Shown here piece by piece: positions 38,952-47,761 of a stretch of 64,000 nucleotides of DNA. The stretch is taken from IMG/VR virus record IMGVR_UViG_3300037312_000757. One strand, given 5' to 3'. Position 1 is the first letter of the stretch. Every line of letters starts with the position of its first letter. The notes below the pieces were generated by a model. It made no database searches and was not told where the DNA came from. It was given only the letters and a program-made list of their open reading frames with translations. A program made the position numbers and the translations under genes. This stretch comes from a virus (Duplodnaviria > Heunggongvirae > Uroviricota > Caudoviricetes).

Positions 38952-39626
38952 ATGGCATATGATCTTTTCTTCCTGAGCTACAATGAGCCGCATGCTGAAG
39001 AAAACTGGCTGCGATTCAAAGCTCGTTTCCAACACGCAAAGCGCGTTGATGGTGTCGATGGCATCTTCAATGCGCATCGCGAATGCGCCAAGCGTTCACT
39101 GACAACACATTTCTTCGTTGTTGACGCAGACAACGAAATCCTCGACTTTGACTTCAAGTTCACAGTTTCACCATACGAAAAAGATTACGTTCACTTGTGG
39201 TATGCTCGCAATCCAGTGAACGGTCTGGAATATGGCTGGGGCGGATTGAAACTCTTCCCGAAAAAACTCGTTCTTCAAACAGAAAAAGTCGGTGTCGATA
39301 TGACAACGAGTTTTCCATTGAAGATCATTCCTGAAGTCGTTTCGATAACGAACTTCAATACATCCGCGTTTGACACATGGCGTAGCGCTTTCCGTGAGGG
39401 TGTGAAACTGTCAAACGATAGTTCAGAAGAAGCAGTACAACGTCTTAACGGCTGGCATAGTACATCACACTCGGCATATTCTGCATATGCCCTTCATGGT
39501 GTTGTTTCCGCTAGGGAATTTCTGAGGGAAGGCGGTGACCCTGCTTTGATCAATGACTGGGTATGGTTGCGTGAACAGTTCGACAAAACATTTACAGAAG
39601 ACGGCAAAATTAGATGGATGAATTAA
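38952..39626 (+). CDS. GT-A glycosyltransferase-like protein (paralog of 29338-30258)
   Basis: FLSYNEP, VVDADN, YGWGGLKL, WRSAFRE. Confidence 0.7.
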   Translation: MAYDLFFLSYNEPHAEENWLRFKARFQHAKRVDGVDGIFNAHRECAKRSLTTHFFVVDADNEILDFDFKFTVSPYEKDYVHLWYARNPVNGLEYGWGGLKLFPKKLVLQTEKVGVDMTTSFPLKIIPEVVSITNFNTSAFDTWRSAFREGVKLSNDSSEEAVQRLNGWHSTSHSAYSAYALHGVVSAREFLREGGDPALINDWVWLREQFDKTFTEDGKIRWMN

Positions 39627-40426
39627 ACGAAACAATGCATTACGTGCATCAAATCATGATGGGCTTGGAAGAGCTGGCAAACGGCCGAAATAAGTCAATG
39701 ATTCCCGATGTGTATCACCAAGTGTACGGTGACAACTACCATGACATTCGTCTGGTATTGGACAAGCATGATGTACTCCCGCCAGGAACACTAGCCAATA
39801 TCCGTCATGCAATCTTCAAGTACCCAGAGCAAAACTGGAAAGATGCTCTTAGCAAGTATCAGATCAAGAGCAAGCGTTGGTTGGTTCATGAGCTCTCAGA
39901 ACACGTTGGTAACTCGTTTGATCAGATCTATGTCCTGGGTGGTTGGCTAGGTGTTCTTCCATTCCTTCTTCGTAGTGAAGGTATGATCATTAACCAGATT
40001 TTCAACTTCGACATTGACGAAGGGGTGCTGGAACCATCATGTTTCATCAACCATTACTACGAATCGCAAAAGCCAATGTCGTATCTGGCGCGCAAGCTTG
40101 ACGCGTACAAGCTGAATTATGAAGATGACAAGATTCTCATCGATCCACACAATCCGCAAGGAGATACTATCGACGGCAAGCCAGATCTGATCATCAACAC
40201 GATCTGTGAGCACTTGAGTGATTACCATAACTGGGTCCAACGTATTCCGTTTGGCGTTCCGGTGGTACTACAGAGCAACAACATGTTTGGTATTGATGAT
40301 CATGTGAACTGCGTGGGCTCATTGGAAGAGTTTGTGGCCGAATGCCAATTGAGCGATATTCAATTCTCGGGGACTCTTGACCTCGGGGACACGTGGAAAC
40401 GCTTCATGATCATCGGCGAACGCTAA
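39614..40426 (+). CDS. Class I SAM-dependent methyltransferase-like protein
   Basis: VLGGWLG (motif I), NFDID (motif II), DLIINTICEH. Confidence 0.55.
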   Translation: MDELNETMHYVHQIMMGLEELANGRNKSMIPDVYHQVYGDNYHDIRLVLDKHDVLPPGTLANIRHAIFKYPEQNWKDALSKYQIKSKRWLVHELSEHVGNSFDQIYVLGGWLGVLPFLLRSEGMIINQIFNFDIDEGVLEPSCFINHYYESQKPMSYLARKLDAYKLNYEDDKILIDPHNPQGDTIDGKPDLIINTICEHLSDYHNWVQRIPFGVPVVLQSNNMFGIDDHVNCVGSLEEFVAECQLSDIQFSGTLDLGDTWKRFMIIGER

Positions 40427-40444
40427 GAAACCCTTTGGTTACAG

Positions 40445-40468
40445 GATGGCGGGCATACGCCCGCCATC
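40445..40468 (+). terminator. Hairpin, probable terminator
   Basis: GATGGCGGGC-ATAC-GCCCGCCATC. Confidence 0.6.
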
Positions 40469-40490
40469 GTTCATTTCGACAATTTGTTCA

Positions 40491-40498
40491 TATAAATA
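40491..40498 (+). promoter_or_regulatory. T4 consensus late promoter
   Basis: Exact TATAAATA upstream of the tail fibre gene. Confidence 0.75.
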
Positions 40499-40528
40499 CG
40501 GAGTAAATTATTCGACCTGGAGTAACCG

Positions 40529-42304
40529 ATGACAAGTTATGTGGTTTCCACACCGGTAAATGGTACCTTCACAGTACCAGACGACCTGATCAACACGTCT
40601 CAGACGGCGCTGAATCTGATCGGGCGCGGCGTGACCAATTACGGCCAGGCTGTAGCAGAAAACGACATCAACCTACTGCAGAACTTTGCTGGTCCAACCT
40701 CACCGGTCAATCCGCTTATTGGCCAGCTCTGGTATGACAATAACGTTCAACAGCTTTGCGTTCTAACTGGTCCAGCCACTTGGAGTGCTTTGGCCATGGA
40801 AAGCGAGCTGGCGAACTATGCCACCGAGAGCGACTTCCAAAATCTGAGCGCTGCCGTAAATTCATTGAGTGCAAATGCAGTAACAAAGGATCAACTGTCC
40901 CTTTATGTGACTGCCGCTGAACTGTACACTCCAACCGGTACACCACGTGTGGTTCCAGTTAAGTCTGGTGGTACTGGATTGTCAGCATTGGGTCAACCAG
41001 GCCAGATGCTAGTTGTCAACGGTCTGCAAACTGGTCTCACCTACGCCTCCCCACAGAATTTCTATCGCCGCCCGTTTGTGTCGGCCAATAGTACAAAAAC
41101 CCTCACGGCATCACAGCTTGGTTCAATCGTCAACATTACCGCAAGTGGCGTAACGATTAATCTACCACCAGCAGTACAATGTCAACAAGGCACATCGTTC
41201 ATCTTTACACTGCTGGTAACTGGTGGTTCAGTAACGATCACCGCAGCTGGTACTGATTACATTCTTGGTGGTAAAGCCGCTCAAGGCAATACTTACACAA
41301 TGTATGCTGGTGAAGATCTAGAAATTGCATCTGACGGCGCACTGGGTTGGGTTGCTACGAGCCAGTCAAAGACAACAGCGGTAACAATGCCAGCTGGTGA
41401 TAGTTCACTGAACTTGGCTAACACTGCATTCGTCACAACCGCTATTGCAACGGCAGTATCTGGTTTGCAGACGTACGGTAATGGTCGTTGGGCTCCTATC
41501 AACAGCCCAGCATTCACTGGTACACCAACTGCTCCAACTCCAACTACTGGTGATAATTCGACAAACGTTGCAACAACTGCGTTCGTCACAACAGCAACCA
41601 ATGCCGTGAAGGTTGGTTTTACACCTGTGCAGCAAGGCGGTGGTGTTGGCCAAGGCACAAACAAAGTTTACATTGGTTGGTCGGGCTCAGGTCTGCTCTG
41701 TACGGTCGATTCGTCGAACATTGGTCGAATTCTGTTCCAGAGCGATTTCGATAACCTCCAGAACCAGATCAACACAAAAGCACCAGCAAGCCAGCCATAT
41801 GCTTACACTGGTATTAACCAGACCGTGTATTTCTGGGATGTTCATGCAAATGGTACTATCTACTCAGCAAACGATATTTGGGCATTCGCGTCAGACGAAC
41901 GACTGAAAGAGAAAATTGTTCCAATCACAAATGCATTGGCTAAACTGCATCAGATTAGTGGTGTTCTGTACAACTTCACAGCTGAAGCACAGAAACTGAG
42001 TGGCATCGACAGCAAACGTCGTCACATGGGCTTCTTGGCTGGTGAAATGGAAAAGATCGCCCCCGAAGTGGTCGGTCCGGCGCCATTTGACATTGACAAG
42101 AAGACAGGCAAATCAATCAGTGGTAAGAACTACAAGACAATTCAGTACGAAAAAGCAGTACCACTGGTAGCAGAAGCAGTCAAAGAACTCGACGATAAGG
42201 TTGAAACACTGAAAACTCAGATTGAAGATGAATTGACTGATATGCGCGCCAAGATAGCCTATCTGATGTCCAACATGGAACGTTTGTTGGGAGATGACAA
42301 ATGA
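40529..42304 (+). CDS. Tail fibre with a C-terminal peptidase S74-type intramolecular chaperone
   Basis: N-terminus paralogous to 24318; GDxSxxxAxTAFV repeats; GFTPVQQGGG; SDERLKEKI cleavage motif. Confidence 0.85.
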   Translation: MTSYVVSTPVNGTFTVPDDLINTSQTALNLIGRGVTNYGQAVAENDINLLQNFAGPTSPVNPLIGQLWYDNNVQQLCVLTGPATWSALAMESELANYATESDFQNLSAAVNSLSANAVTKDQLSLYVTAAELYTPTGTPRVVPVKSGGTGLSALGQPGQMLVVNGLQTGLTYASPQNFYRRPFVSANSTKTLTASQLGSIVNITASGVTINLPPAVQCQQGTSFIFTLLVTGGSVTITAAGTDYILGGKAAQGNTYTMYAGEDLEIASDGALGWVATSQSKTTAVTMPAGDSSLNLANTAFVTTAIATAVSGLQTYGNGRWAPINSPAFTGTPTAPTPTTGDNSTNVATTAFVTTATNAVKVGFTPVQQGGGVGQGTNKVYIGWSGSGLLCTVDSSNIGRILFQSDFDNLQNQINTKAPASQPYAYTGINQTVYFWDVHANGTIYSANDIWAFASDERLKEKIVPITNALAKLHQISGVLYNFTAEAQKLSGIDSKRRHMGFLAGEMEKIAPEVVGPAPFDIDKKTGKSISGKNYKTIQYEKAVPLVAEAVKELDDKVETLKTQIEDELTDMRAKIAYLMSNMERLLGDDK

Positions 42305-42810
42305 CAATGCAATCATCAGGCTCAATTAGCATTGGCCAAGCACGAAATGAATGTCAGCTCAGTGGGCAGATTGATGCTGCCAATTACCGGCTTAGCCATC
42401 TGGCTGGTGTTAATCAAGGCAATGCATATGCTTGGAGCTACTGGTATGGTAAGAGCTATGTGACAAACATTGTCAACCAGCAATTTGCTGTTTGTGCAGC
42501 GCACGTTGACCGTGACCTCTACCTGAATATCAACTTCAGAACAGGCGCAACTTCTTGGACAGCTAACGGCAACAACAATCCAAACTTGATGTGGTACACG
42601 CAAACGTACCCTAATGTAACATTGGCTCAATATTATACGGCCTGGAATGCCACAGTTCTGTATCAAGCAGGTGACACTGGAGTAGCGTTGTCAGTCTCAC
42701 AACAACCATCTCCGAGTAACGACTTCACGGCAATCATCCACTTTGACGACAATCCGGCATCTGGGGCACATGACGTTCAAGTTGGTATAAACATCACATT
42801 CACTTCATAA
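42301..42810 (+). CDS. Small fibre-associated protein
   Basis: MQSSGSISI N-terminus; coupled to the fibre gene. Confidence 0.55.
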   Translation: MTMQSSGSISIGQARNECQLSGQIDAANYRLSHLAGVNQGNAYAWSYWYGKSYVTNIVNQQFAVCAAHVDRDLYLNINFRTGATSWTANGNNNPNLMWYTQTYPNVTLAQYYTAWNATVLYQAGDTGVALSVSQQPSPSNDFTAIIHFDDNPASGAHDVQVGINITFTS

Positions 42811-42812
42811 AC

Positions 42813-42840
42813 AAAAAGAGCAGCCTTAGGCTGCTCTTTT
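42813..42840. terminator. Bidirectional terminator between convergent blocks
   Basis: AAAAAGAGCAGCC-TTA-GGCTGCTCTTTT. Confidence 0.85.
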
Positions 42841-42858
42841 CATTTCAGCAATAACGGT

Positions 42859-43884
42859 TTACACCGCCATATCTGCTTTGATAGGCGGAAGGTGCTGATA
42901 GCCTTCCAAGCGGATATCGTCCATTGTGAACTTGTCAATGTCCTTGATTTCAGGATTGAGCCACAATGTAGGCAAAGCCAGGGGCGTACGGCTAATCTGT
43001 TCCTTTACCTGCTCAACGTGATTAGAATACACGTGAGTATCGCCAAGGATATGCACAAATTCCCCAACGCCAAAATTACAAACTTGCGCAATCATGTGCG
43101 TGAACAGCGAGTAGCTCGCGATATTGAACGGAACACCAAGGAACATGTCCGCACTGCGTTGATACATTTGACATGACAACTTATGACGTGGCGCCCCGAT
43201 TTCATCAAACGATGCATGTAGATCATCAGCTGGTACCATTGGAATCAAGCTTGGTGCATATTGGAAGCCTGGTTCATGAATTACCAACCAGTCAATTCGA
43301 TCTTGAATGCTCATCTTCGATACGAAGAACTGAGCAAACATGTGGCATGGTGGGAGTGCCATCTTATCGAGCTCACCCGGGTTCCAAGCAGTCAAAACAT
43401 GACGACGACCGAATGGGTCCTTCTTCAGACCTTCGATCAACTGTGCGAGCTGGTCAACTTGCTTGACAGTGTAAGCAGGCTCACCGGCGTGAACACCGAT
43501 TTCCTTGTCAGGGGCTTGCCATGAGCGCCACTGTACACCATAGACGCGCCCAAGGTCGCCCTCGAATTTTGCCTTTGGCGTCCAGTAATCAGCATTTGCA
43601 TTACCAGTCCAAATTGTTTGCTTTTCGCTGTCGCGTGAACCGTGCAAGATTTCCTTCAGGCGTTTCTCATCACCACTACCTTCGATAAACCACAGCAACT
43701 CAGATACAAGGGCTTTCCAAGCCAGTTTCTTTGTTGTAACTGCTGGAAACCCTTGAGTAAGATCAAAACGCATTTGTTGACCGAATAGGGCGATAGTGCC
43801 AGTGCCTGTTCGGTCCATACGTTCGTCACCTTCCGCAATGATGCGTGCAAGCAAGTCGAGATATTGTTGTTCTGGGTGTGTCAT
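42859..43884 (-). CDS. thyA: Thymidylate synthase
   Basis: DRTGTGT, MALPPCH, YQRSADMFLGVPFN. Confidence 0.97.
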   Translation of the reverse strand: MTHPEQQYLDLLARIIAEGDERMDRTGTGTIALFGQQMRFDLTQGFPAVTTKKLAWKALVSELLWFIEGSGDEKRLKEILHGSRDSEKQTIWTGNANADYWTPKAKFEGDLGRVYGVQWRSWQAPDKEIGVHAGEPAYTVKQVDQLAQLIEGLKKDPFGRRHVLTAWNPGELDKMALPPCHMFAQFFVSKMSIQDRIDWLVIHEPGFQYAPSLIPMVPADDLHASFDEIGAPRHKLSCQMYQRSADMFLGVPFNIASYSLFTHMIAQVCNFGVGEFVHILGDTHVYSNHVEQVKEQISRTPLALPTLWLNPEIKDIDKFTMDDIRLEGYQHLPPIKADMAV

Positions 43885-44402
43885 AGTTTTCTGTCCATTA
43901 TTTCATATGTGACGTCGAAGTCCTGGCCCTTAGATACGTGAGTAAAGAACGGCGGGTTGAAGTTCGTGGTATCGAGCGAAAGGAAGCAGTCCCCTTCGAA
44001 CGATTTGCCTATACGAGTGACGTATAGACGTTCTGCCAGCTTGGCAAACTGAGTATATACCTGGGCACCACCTATGATCATGATCTCTTGGTGGTCTGGG
44101 AAACGCGTCCTAAGACATTCAATGATTTCCTCAGGAGTGCCAGTTGCCAAGTAGTCGGCCACTTCTGACAGATCACTCTCGTAGAACTCGCGAGGTGTTT
44201 TGGATGTCATCACGACATTCACACGATTCGGAAGTGGTTTCTTCGGCAAGCTGTGCCATGTGTTAGACCCCATCAGAACGATTTTGTCCTTGGTGTGAGT
44301 CTTGAACCACTTCATATCTTCTGAGATTCGTGGCCAAGGAAGTTCGTTGTCCTTGCCAATACAGCCATTCTCAGCAATGGCTACAATCATTGAAATTATC
44401 AT
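43881..44402 (-). CDS. folA: Dihydrofolate reductase
   Basis: IGKDNELPW, PLPNRVNVV, IIGGAQVY. Confidence 0.95.
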   Translation of the reverse strand: MIISMIVAIAENGCIGKDNELPWPRISEDMKWFKTHTKDKIVLMGSNTWHSLPKKPLPNRVNVVMTSKTPREFYESDLSEVADYLATGTPEEIIECLRTRFPDHQEIMIIGGAQVYTQFAKLAERLYVTRIGKSFEGDCFLSLDTTNFNPPFFTHVSKGQDFDVTYEIMDRKL

Positions 44403-44767
44403 TTATCCCACATAATTCGATCAAGGCCCATTTGCGTGTTTCGATCACGCATCAGGATCTCGCGGAACTCTTCTTCTAGCTCCGGTTGCACTAGCTTCAT
44501 AGTTATCATCAAATTCATCCACGCATCGTTGACTGATTCGTTCTCTTTAACCATGCGTTCAATGACTTCGTAGAAGTCTGCCTTAATAAATTTGCCACTC
44601 AATTTACTACGGGCTTCATCCAGCATTTTCACCGAATCTTTTGCCTGCTTTTCCATAGCTTCGAGTTTTTCTTTTAGATCGTTGATCTCTTTTTCTTGCT
44701 TTGCTATGATGAGATCAGGGCTCTCATTCATTTCATCTGCAAAGCGTTCTGCATCAAAAGCTTCCAT
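44399..44767 (-). CDS. Hypothetical coiled-coil protein
   Basis: Coupled ORF; paralog of 44754-45038. Confidence 0.7.
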   Translation of the reverse strand: MEAFDAERFADEMNESPDLIIAKQEKEINDLKEKLEAMEKQAKDSVKMLDEARSKLSGKFIKADFYEVIERMVKENESVNDAWMNLMITMKLVQPELEEEFREILMRDRNTQMGLDRIMWDK

Positions 44768-45038
44768 ATCCCCTCGTTAGACGAACATTACTGAATTTCT
44801 TTTCAATTTCTGGATCCACCAACTTCAAGGTAATCAGCAAAGCATCCCATGATTCCTTGAGGCTTTCGTTTTGTGCGATTGCTGTTTCCAGAATGCGATA
44901 AAATTCCGCACGTTGATATGATTCTGCCGCAATTCTTTCGGCATGATCTTTCTGCTGTTCAAGGTGGAGAATTTTGTTGTTGAGCTGACTTATGATATCA
45001 GCTTGTTTGGCGACCATACGGTCAGTTGGATCATACAT
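44754..45038 (-). CDS. Hypothetical coiled-coil protein
   Basis: GAGGA RBS; paralog of 44399-44767. Confidence 0.7.
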   Translation of the reverse strand: MYDPTDRMVAKQADIISQLNNKILHLEQQKDHAERIAAESYQRAEFYRILETAIAQNESLKESWDALLITLKLVDPEIEKKFSNVRLTRGYGSF

Positions 45039-45043
45039 GAAGA

Positions 45044-45090
45044 AAGTCCTCTGTTTGCCAAATTATATGGCAGTTCAGAGGACTTGTCTA
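45044..45090 (-). promoter_or_regulatory. Sigma70-like promoter with its -10 in a hairpin loop
   Basis: TAGACA-N17-TATAAT; arms AAGTCCTCTG/CAGAGGACTT cover the RBS. Confidence 0.65.
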
Positions 45091-45092
45091 AA

Positions 45093-45407
45093 TTACTTGA
45101 GTAGTTTGCGGCGAGCAGCTTGGAGCAGTTCGTCTGTCATCTGGTTGATGACACGACGGATTTTTCGCACATCAAGGATGATCTTGATATTCACGATACT
45201 TTCAGGCTTTGTGTCCAGAAGGTCTTCAAGTTCTTGTGCAGTGAGGATCAATTCTTCACCCCATTGCGTGTACACTTTAGCCAGAATAATGTATTCCGGT
45301 GGTACAGATTCTGGATCCAAGGAACTGATGATTTCGTCAATAATATCGGGCTTGCTCATAGTGTGCTCCGCAAAGTGTCCTCTGGTATTTACTTGGCGGT
45401 TACCCAT
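45093..45407 (-). CDS. Hypothetical protein
   Basis: ORF in the minus-strand block. Confidence 0.65.
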   Translation of the reverse strand: MGNRQVNTRGHFAEHTMSKPDIIDEIISSLDPESVPPEYIILAKVYTQWGEELILTAQELEDLLDTKPESIVNIKIILDVRKIRRVINQMTDELLQAARRKLLK

Positions 45408-45630
45408 TATTATCTACCGAATTAATTTTGTTGGTTAACGCGGTGCGATATGTATCGTAAAGCTTCTGAAGCTCTGGATCTGCTGCACGATGTGCTTGTT
45501 CTTCTTGAAGTTCTACCAAGATCGCATGGCACATGGTGATCAAGTCTGCAACGTATGTTTCGGACATGAATGTGGTGCCCTCAAAATACGCTCTAATTTG
45601 TTCCCTAGTTGGAACGGGGAGCTTTCCCAT
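45400..45630 (-). CDS. Hypothetical protein
   Basis: ORF coupled to the next gene. Confidence 0.6.
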   Translation of the reverse strand: MGKLPVPTREQIRAYFEGTTFMSETYVADLITMCHAILVELQEEQAHRAADPELQKLYDTYRTALTNKINSVDNNG

Positions 45631-45656
45631 AATTGTAAATCTCTATTTCTGTTGGC

Positions 45657-45686
45657 AAAAAGCCCCGATTATGAGTCGGGGCTTTT
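45657..45686 (-). terminator. Intrinsic terminator
   Basis: AAAAAGCCCCGATT-ATG-AGTCGGGGCTTTT. Confidence 0.8.
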
Positions 45687-45704
45687 CGACCAAACCTTCA
45701 TGCT

Positions 45705-45992
45705 TTAGGACAGCTCACCATTGTTCTTCAAGTGATCTGAGTATTCAAGTGCAGCCAGAATAACGGCTGCTGCCTTGATCAAATCATCCTCAAAGTCTTC
45801 CTGTGTTACTGCACCACCTCGATTGATACGAGATGAACCCTTGCGCTTCGCTTGCTGAGTCAAATAGTGGCTAGCGATAGCAATCCAGTCATTGACTGAG
45901 TTCTTGCTATCCCACTCCGAACCTGGCAAAGTCTTCTGACGCTCGCGCTCATCAACAATACGAGAGATCAAGTTTTGGACTTTGTCTTGCAT
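45705..45992 (-). CDS. Small all-alpha protein, possibly MazG-like NTP pyrophosphatase fold
   Basis: Start MQDKVQN; ERERQ...W...EDDLIKAAAVILAALE pattern. Confidence 0.45.
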   Translation of the reverse strand: MQDKVQNLISRIVDERERQKTLPGSEWDSKNSVNDWIAIASHYLTQQAKRKGSSRINRGGAVTQEDFEDDLIKAAAVILAALEYSDHLKNNGELS

Positions 45993-45993
45993 A

Positions 45994-46671
45994 TTACTCA
46001 GCTTTTGAAGCTGCCTTCGCTGTTGATGAACGGCGGTCGCCACCACGGCCTGACTTCTTAGGCTGGGCATCGACGCCCTCAGCAGTAGCAATTTCAACAG
46101 ATGGCTTGGCTTGTGCATTACGTGGGCGGAGTTCTGGAGCGATACGATATGCTTCTTCACGCTTCAGCTTCGCTTCGTTTTCGATGAGGTCTGCTTCGAA
46201 CAGAATGTTCTGTGCCATAGTCAGACGCTCTTCTTCACGCATTGCCTTCAGGTTGTTGACGACTGCGTTGAAGTTTTCAGCTTCTTGAGCTTGCTTCTGC
46301 TTGAAACCATCTGGCAGAGTGCCCTTCGCTTCCAAAACGTCAATCAGAGGAATTGGTTGATTTGGGAATGGAACCAGAATGATGTTGTCAATTGGTTCTG
46401 TACGCATGAGACCATTTGCATGGAACTCGTTCAGCACGTTGCGGCCAGTTTCTGGCACGTTACGGCGTGTCATAAAGTCGGCGAAGGTATCAACACCTTG
46501 GCCTTCGCTGCTTTCGACCATCTCGCGGATGATCTGCTCAAAACGTGGTGTGAGGCTCTCGACGTCGATGATCAGAGCTGTCTTTGGGTCTTGTGGTAGT
46601 TGCATGAAAACAACCACACAGCGACGGTCGGTTGACTTAACCTTACCAACGTGCTTCAGCATTTGTGACAT
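45994..46671 (-). CDS. Hypothetical protein (MLKHVGK N-terminus, basic tail)
   Basis: AAGGA RBS before MSQMLKHVG. Confidence 0.75.
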   Translation of the reverse strand: MSQMLKHVGKVKSTDRRCVVVFMQLPQDPKTALIIDVESLTPRFEQIIREMVESSEGQGVDTFADFMTRRNVPETGRNVLNEFHANGLMRTEPIDNIILVPFPNQPIPLIDVLEAKGTLPDGFKQKQAQEAENFNAVVNNLKAMREEERLTMAQNILFEADLIENEAKLKREEAYRIAPELRPRNAQAKPSVEIATAEGVDAQPKKSGRGGDRRSSTAKAASKAE

Positions 46672-46744
46672 GGTTTTTATTCCTTTAAGAAGAAGGTTAG
46701 GTGGAACAAAGTTCGACACCTAACCTTGTAGGTCTGAAACTGGT

Positions 46745-47053
46745 TTACTTAGCCTTGCGCTTTGAAACCTTCTTCACTGAAGCAGCGGGAGCCGCATCAG
46801 CTTGAGTAGCTTCAGCCTGTGCTTCACCAGCTGCTGCTTGTTCATTAGCAGCTTGTGCAGCGGTTGCAGCTTCAACAAAAGCGTTGATCTTTTGACGAAC
46901 AGATGCAACTTGTTCGATAACAGCCCAGCCCTTGAAAGCGCCTTGGTCTGCTGCGTAGTCGATGATCTTGACTACGTTTTGCAGGTCAACCAGAGAGATG
47001 GTTGCAGCTTCAGCGCCAGTTGCTGGTGCTTGGTTGTCGATAACGTCTGACAT
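46745..47053 (-). CDS. Hypothetical protein
   Basis: AAGGAG RBS; own promoter TTGACA-N16-TAGAAT at 47125-47098. Confidence 0.75.
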   Translation of the reverse strand: MSDVIDNQAPATGAEAATISLVDLQNVVKIIDYAADQGAFKGWAVIEQVASVRQKINAFVEAATAAQAANEQAAAGEAQAEATQADAAPAASVKKVSKRKAK

Positions 47054-47128
47054 TACTCAAAACTCCTTGTTGTTTTAATTATCGTTGAGTAAAGGTGATT
47101 CTAGCAGAACCACCTTTTCTGTCAAAAT

Positions 47129-47707
47129 TTATTTCTGACCAATCAACTTGACCTTGTCTTCAGGCCACATCAAGTAGTTGTTCCAACTTGGGTGCTTGAT
47201 GACAATCGGTCGAGACTTAGCCTTCGCAGCCATTTCGAAATACGACGGACGATATGGCATGTTCTTCGGCTTGATATGACGGTTGTGCCCCTTCTGCGCG
47301 TTGCAAGGACCGCATGATGCCACGATGTTTTCCCATGACGTAGTACCACCGTCCTTACGAGGAACGACGTGGTCCATAGTCAACTCATCGTACGTGAAGC
47401 GATGGCTGCAATACTGACACAAATGGTTGTCACGCAAGAAGACGTTGGCTCGGCTGAACTTCATGTTACGTCCTGGCTTCACGTAGCTCTTCGTCATGAC
47501 GACTGCCGGAACTTGCATTTCGACAGAAGGCGAGCGTACAAACCAATCATCGTAGTATTCGATCGGTTCAACAGTCTCACTCCACATAGAAGTGATAGCG
47601 TCACGCCAGCTCATAGTGCTGATAGGCAGAACGTTCACAGGTGAGCCGTCAGTGTTCAACACTAATACATCGCCACCTGCATCGAAGTTTATTTTTAACC
47701 GTTCCAT
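47129..47707 (-). CDS. HNH endonuclease (McrA-like)
   Basis: RDNHLCQYC, TMDHVVP, WENIVASCGPCNAQKG. Confidence 0.9.
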   Translation of the reverse strand: MERLKINFDAGGDVLVLNTDGSPVNVLPISTMSWRDAITSMWSETVEPIEYYDDWFVRSPSVEMQVPAVVMTKSYVKPGRNMKFSRANVFLRDNHLCQYCSHRFTYDELTMDHVVPRKDGGTTSWENIVASCGPCNAQKGHNRHIKPKNMPYRPSYFEMAAKAKSRPIVIKHPSWNNYLMWPEDKVKLIGQK

Positions 47708-47761
47708 GATATTCTTCTTGTAAGTCAATTATTTAGGAACGTTAACGTAGCTGTTAAAGAG

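Noticed and set aside
43170-43320. Insertion in thyA as an intron or intein
   Set aside because: Short, in-frame, with no intein termini or group I intron features; looks like a loop insertion
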